A stretch of DNA of 10,812 nt from Candidatus Eiseniibacteriota bacterium. Lineage in GTDB: Bacteria; Eisenbacteria; RBG-16-71-46. The notes under the pieces are model-generated. The model made no database searches. It saw nothing but the letters and a program-made list of their open reading frames with translations, and was not told the origin of the DNA. Location of the stretch: contig JANLWX010000023.1 in NCBI GenBank assembly GCA_031364845.1, forward strand, positions 1 to 10,812. The letters run 5' to 3'. The position numbers were made by a program, and so were the translations under genes. Positions 7,155-10,812 of the stretch are shown here, piece by piece (within the stretch, counting starts at the first letter, position 1; each line of letters opens with the position of its first letter).

Positions 7155-8158
7155 CGACCGGCGACGACGCCGCGCCCTATTCGGGCAAGGGCCGCTGGGC
7201 GCTGGCGGCGAAGCTCGCATTCAGCGTCGGGCTCATGGCGCTGCTGTTCTCGCGGATTCCGTTCCACGAAGTGCTGGCCGCGATCCGCGGCGCGCGCAAA
7301 GAGTGGCTGCTCGCCGCCTTCGGACTGCTGATCGCGAGCAACGTGATGGGTGCCTTCCAGTGGGAGCGGCTGTTGCGCGCAGTCGAAGTCCGGATCCCGT
7401 TCTGGAAAGTGTGCGCGTACTACCACGTCGGATTGTTCTTCAACAATTTCCTGCCCGCGAACATCGGCGGCGACATCGCGCGCGTCCTCGACGCATCGCG
7501 CCATGGACCCAACCGCGCCTCGGTCGTGTCGACCGTGATCATCGACCGTCTGATCGGCACGGTCGCACTCGCCGGCATGGCGCTCGTCACCACGCTGCCG
7601 GCGATCGATCGCTTCCACCTGACGCTCGCCTACGTCGCGCTGGTCGGATTCTTCGGGATGAGCGTCGTGCTGGTGTGGGCGATCTTCCATCCGGGCATGC
7701 TGCCGATGGTCGAGCGCGGGCTCGCGCGCATCGGATTCCAGTCGCTCAAACCGCACCTCGACGAGCTGGCCGAGCGCATTCGACATTTCCGTGACAAGCG
7801 CGGTCTGTTCGCGCGGCTGATGATCGTGGCGCTGATCGTCCAGATCTCGCGGATCGGCGTGCATGTGCTCGTGGCCCGCTCGCTCGGTCTCGACATCCCG
7901 TTCACCTACTTCCTGCTTTTCGTTCCGTTGCTCGCGGTGATAGTCTCGCTGCCCATCTCGCTGAATGGCATCGGGGTGCGCGAGGGAGCGGGTGTGATCC
8001 TGTTCGGGCTCGTGGGAGTGGGACGGGCCCAGGCCTTCTCGCTTCAGTTCACCACGTATCTCGTGGCGGTGGCCGTGAGCCTTCTCGGCGGAATCATCTT
8101 CCTGTTGCGCATCCCGCGCCGCAGAGCCGTGCGTGTCCCGTTTCGGAGGTCGACCTGA
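7148..8158 (+). CDS. LPG_synthase_TM / UPF0104 family multi-pass membrane protein (flippase-like; AglD2/MprF-TM related)
   Basis: About 8 hydrophobic segments. Family-typical motifs: QWERLL, GLFFNNFLPANIGGDIAR, DRLIG and LPISLNGIGVREG. 336 aa. Confidence 0.88.
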   Translation: MLTTGDDAAPYSGKGRWALAAKLAFSVGLMALLFSRIPFHEVLAAIRGARKEWLLAAFGLLIASNVMGAFQWERLLRAVEVRIPFWKVCAYYHVGLFFNNFLPANIGGDIARVLDASRHGPNRASVVSTVIIDRLIGTVALAGMALVTTLPAIDRFHLTLAYVALVGFFGMSVVLVWAIFHPGMLPMVERGLARIGFQSLKPHLDELAERIRHFRDKRGLFARLMIVALIVQISRIGVHVLVARSLGLDIPFTYFLLFVPLLAVIVSLPISLNGIGVREGAGVILFGLVGVGRAQAFSLQFTTYLVAVAVSLLGGIIFLLRIPRRRAVRVPFRRST

Positions 8159-10812
8159 TGGATTCGGCGCGTCGCGCTACGTATGGCCTCGCCCTGCTCG
8201 TCTTCCTGATCTCCGTATCCGTCTATCTGATCACGCTGACCCCGACGGTGCCGTTCTGGGACGCCGGTGAGTTCATCGCGGTTTCCAACATCCTCGGCAT
8301 CCCGCACCCGCCCGGCACTCCGCTCTATGTGCTGCTCGGACGCATCGCCACGCTGATCCCGTGGCGTTCGATCGCCGAACGCGTGAATGCGCTGTCGGCG
8401 CTGCCCGCGGCGTTCGCGATCGTGCTCACCTACCTCACCACGCTCAAGTTCATCCGCCTCGCGATGGGCGGCGCCACCGCCGCGGCACTGGCCGGCACGA
8501 AGCCGGTGGCGGGGGCTGCGAGACCCGAGCCTGCGGGCGGCGAGTCGTGGGCCACTCCAGCGGGACTCGGCTGGATGGAGTGGGTCGCCCACATCGGCGC
8601 GTTCTGCGGCGCGATGATGCTCGCGTTCTCGGATTCGTTCTGGGAGAACTCGATCGAAGCCGAAGTCTATGCGCTGATGAGCTTCGCGCAGGCGCTGGTG
8701 CTGTGGCTCGGATTGCGGTGGTGGGAGGAGCACGAACGCCGGCCTACCTCGGGACCGCTGCTGCTCGCGGTCTACGTGATGTGGCTTTCGGTCGGATTGC
8801 ACCTCGGCGTCGGCATCATGGGGCTGCCGCTGCTGCTGCTGGTGTGGCTCGTCGATCGCAAGGCTGCCATCGTCTTCCTGATGCCGCTGCTCACCGTGTT
8901 GCTGGTCACGATGGGATTGGAGCGCATGGCCGGCGGTGTGCTGCTGCTGTCGGGAATCGTCTATTTGATCTTCGCGAGTCAGAAGAAGCTGCCGGCCATC
9001 GTTGCCTACGGATCGGCCGCGGCGATGCTGTATCCGCTCTCGGCGGCGTTCGGAGACAGAGCGATCGATGCGCCGACCGCGTTCGTCGGGCTCGCCGCAC
9101 TGCTGGTGCCGCTCGTGATGCTGGCGATGAAGGCGCGCGAGGGCAGGATCATGGCGCTCGCGCTGTTCCTGATGGTCGCGGGCTACTCGACGCATCTGTA
9201 TCTGCCGATCCGCGCCGCGCAGCATCCCGCGGTCAACGAGGGCGCGCCCGACAACTGGGACAAGTTGCGTGACCTGCTGGAGCGCAAACAGTACGGCGAG
9301 ATGAACATGTTCAACCGCCGCGCGCCGCTGGCTGCTCAGCTCGACAAGGAATTCTGGCGCTACTTCAGCCGCCAGTGGCCGCTGTTCCCGACCCAGCGTC
9401 TGTGGGGCGTGATGCTGCCGCTCGGACTCGGCATCGCGGGCGCGGTGTGGCTCGCGCGGCGACACCGGCGATCGTTCCTCTACTCAGGGGCGTTCTTCGG
9501 CCTCACCACGGCCGGCATGATCCTGTTCCTCAACTTCACCGATCACGAAGTCCGCGATCGCGACTACTTCTTCCAGAGCGGCTATCACGCCTACGCGATC
9601 TGGATCGGTCTCGGGGCCGCGTGGCTGATCATGTGGGTGCGGGACTCGTTCAAGCCCGGGATGATGCAGCGCATGGCGTGGCAGTTCACGGCACTGCTGA
9701 TGATCGTGATGCCGTTCCTGATGATGAAAAATCTCTGGTTCACGCACGACCGCCGCGGCAACTACGTCGCCCAGAACTACGCCTACAACATGCTTGCGCC
9801 GCTCGCGCCGAACTCGTTCGTGTTCACCAACGGCGACAACGACACGTTCCCGCTGTGGTACATCCAGCAAGTCGAGAACTTCCGCAAGGACGTCCGCGTC
9901 GTGAACCTGAGCCTGCTCAACACCGACTGGTACATTCGCCAGCTGCGCGATGAGTATCCCAAAGTCCCGATCGCGCTCGACGACGAGACCGTCGGCATGC
10001 TCGGACTCGGCGCGATCCGCGACTCGACCGGCAACATCATCTACACCAGCCACTTCATGGTCGATCACATCATGCGCCAGAACCGCAATCCGGACGGCAG
10101 CTGGAAGAGCCAGCCGTACTTCGCGGTCACGGTCCCCGAGCACATGGGTCTCGACAAGCAGTTCACACTCGAGGGCCTGGTCTATCGCGTGAATCCGGAT
10201 TCGACGACCGAGCAGGTCGACGAGCCGGTGACGCGCAAGGCGCTCTACGAAGTCTTCAAGTACAAGGGCCTGTTCAAGGAGGACGGGACCTGGGACGAGT
10301 CGGTCTACAAGGACGAAAACGCCTCGACGCTTTCGCGCAACTATGCCGCGGCGCATCTGCAGCTCGCGTTCTACTATCGCCGCAAGGGCGAGGTCGCCAG
10401 GGGTATCGCCGAGATGGAGCGCGTCCAGCGCATGTTCCCCGACTACACCGATCTCATGGTGCCGCTCGGGAGCTTCTACATGGATGCCGGCGACACGACC
10501 AAGGCGCTTGCGCTGTTCAAGAAGATCATCGATCGCAATCCGCGTGACGCCGAGGCGCGCTACTACTATGGAGTCGTGCTGTCGTATCGCGGCGATATTC
10601 CGGGCGCCCTGCAGCAGCTCGACCAGGTGATCCGGATCGATCCCACCTACAGCATGGCGTACTACGCCGCCTACTTCACGCTGTGGGAATCGGGACAGCG
10701 CGAACGGGCGCTGACCTACGTCGAACGCTGGGTTCAGGCGAACCCGAGCGACGCCCAGGCGCAGCAGTTGCTCGAGCAGCAGCGGAGGGCGCTTGGACTC
10801 GCGACCCCGCCG
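8158..10812 (+). CDS. DUF2723 / TMEM260-like GT-C-fold membrane glycosyltransferase with C-terminal TPR repeats, 3' partial
   Basis: Translated by hand: ATG 8158 overlaps the upstream TGA and the frame is open for 885 codons to the edge. Motifs: PTVPFWDAGEFI, GIPHPPGTPLY, FWENSIEAEVY, YLPIRA, LERKQY, EVRDRDYFF, FTNGDNDTFPLWY and VRVVNLSLLNTDWYI. It has more than 10 TM segments, then TPR-like helical repeats from about 10340. Confidence 0.9.
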   Translation, partial: MDSARRATYGLALLVFLISVSVYLITLTPTVPFWDAGEFIAVSNILGIPHPPGTPLYVLLGRIATLIPWRSIAERVNALSALPAAFAIVLTYLTTLKFIRLAMGGATAAALAGTKPVAGAARPEPAGGESWATPAGLGWMEWVAHIGAFCGAMMLAFSDSFWENSIEAEVYALMSFAQALVLWLGLRWWEEHERRPTSGPLLLAVYVMWLSVGLHLGVGIMGLPLLLLVWLVDRKAAIVFLMPLLTVLLVTMGLERMAGGVLLLSGIVYLIFASQKKLPAIVAYGSAAAMLYPLSAAFGDRAIDAPTAFVGLAALLVPLVMLAMKAREGRIMALALFLMVAGYSTHLYLPIRAAQHPAVNEGAPDNWDKLRDLLERKQYGEMNMFNRRAPLAAQLDKEFWRYFSRQWPLFPTQRLWGVMLPLGLGIAGAVWLARRHRRSFLYSGAFFGLTTAGMILFLNFTDHEVRDRDYFFQSGYHAYAIWIGLGAAWLIMWVRDSFKPGMMQRMAWQFTALLMIVMPFLMMKNLWFTHDRRGNYVAQNYAYNMLAPLAPNSFVFTNGDNDTFPLWYIQQVENFRKDVRVVNLSLLNTDWYIRQLRDEYPKVPIALDDETVGMLGLGAIRDSTGNIIYTSHFMVDHIMRQNRNPDGSWKSQPYFAVTVPEHMGLDKQFTLEGLVYRVNPDSTTEQVDEPVTRKALYEVFKYKGLFKEDGTWDESVYKDENASTLSRNYAAAHLQLAFYYRRKGEVARGIAEMERVQRMFPDYTDLMVPLGSFYMDAGDTTKALALFKKIIDRNPRDAEARYYYGVVLSYRGDIPGALQQLDQVIRIDPTYSMAYYAAYFTLWESGQRERALTYVERWVQANPSDAQAQQLLEQQRRALGLATPP
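10339..10780 (+). repeat. TPR-like protein repeats (about 4)
   Basis: About 34-aa periodicity, each unit ending in Pro: AHLQLAFYYRRKGEVARGIAEMERVQRMFP, LMVPLGSFYMDAGDTTKALALFKKIIDRNP, ARYYYGVVLSYRGDIPGALQQLDQVIRIDP and AYYAAYFTLWESGQRERALTYVERWVQANP. Confidence 0.85.

Noticed and set aside
126..10356. Many long minus-strand ORFs (e.g. 126-1310, 2184-3491, 6015-7220, 6647-7864, 8044-9465, 9484-10356) and alternate-frame plus ORFs
   Set aside because: They are shadow ORFs expected in high-GC DNA. They are Arg/Ala/Pro-rich or mirror-frame, show no recognisable motifs, and fully overlap well-supported plus-strand genes.

Overview
High-GC bacterial window. From left to right it holds: (1) the left end and transposase 5' stub of an IS1202/ISNCY-like insertion sequence, reading off the left edge on the minus strand; (2) a sigma70-type promoter and an FMN riboswitch with an intrinsic terminator; (3) a gap-free plus-strand run of ten genes. 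These are ribD, ribE (riboflavin synthase), ribBA, ribH, nusB, a metallophosphoesterase, a class I SAM methyltransferase, a GT4 glycosyltransferase, an LPG_synthase_TM/UPF0104 flippase-like membrane protein, and a large DUF2723/TMEM260-like GT-C membrane protein with C-terminal TPRs. The last gene runs off the right edge and is missing from the supplied ORF track. The most interesting element is the four-gene tail, which looks like a candidate bacterial lipid-linked protein O-glycosylation module built on a homolog of the eukaryotic O-mannosyltransferase TMEM260. All family assignments come from motif recognition by eye; no database searches were run.
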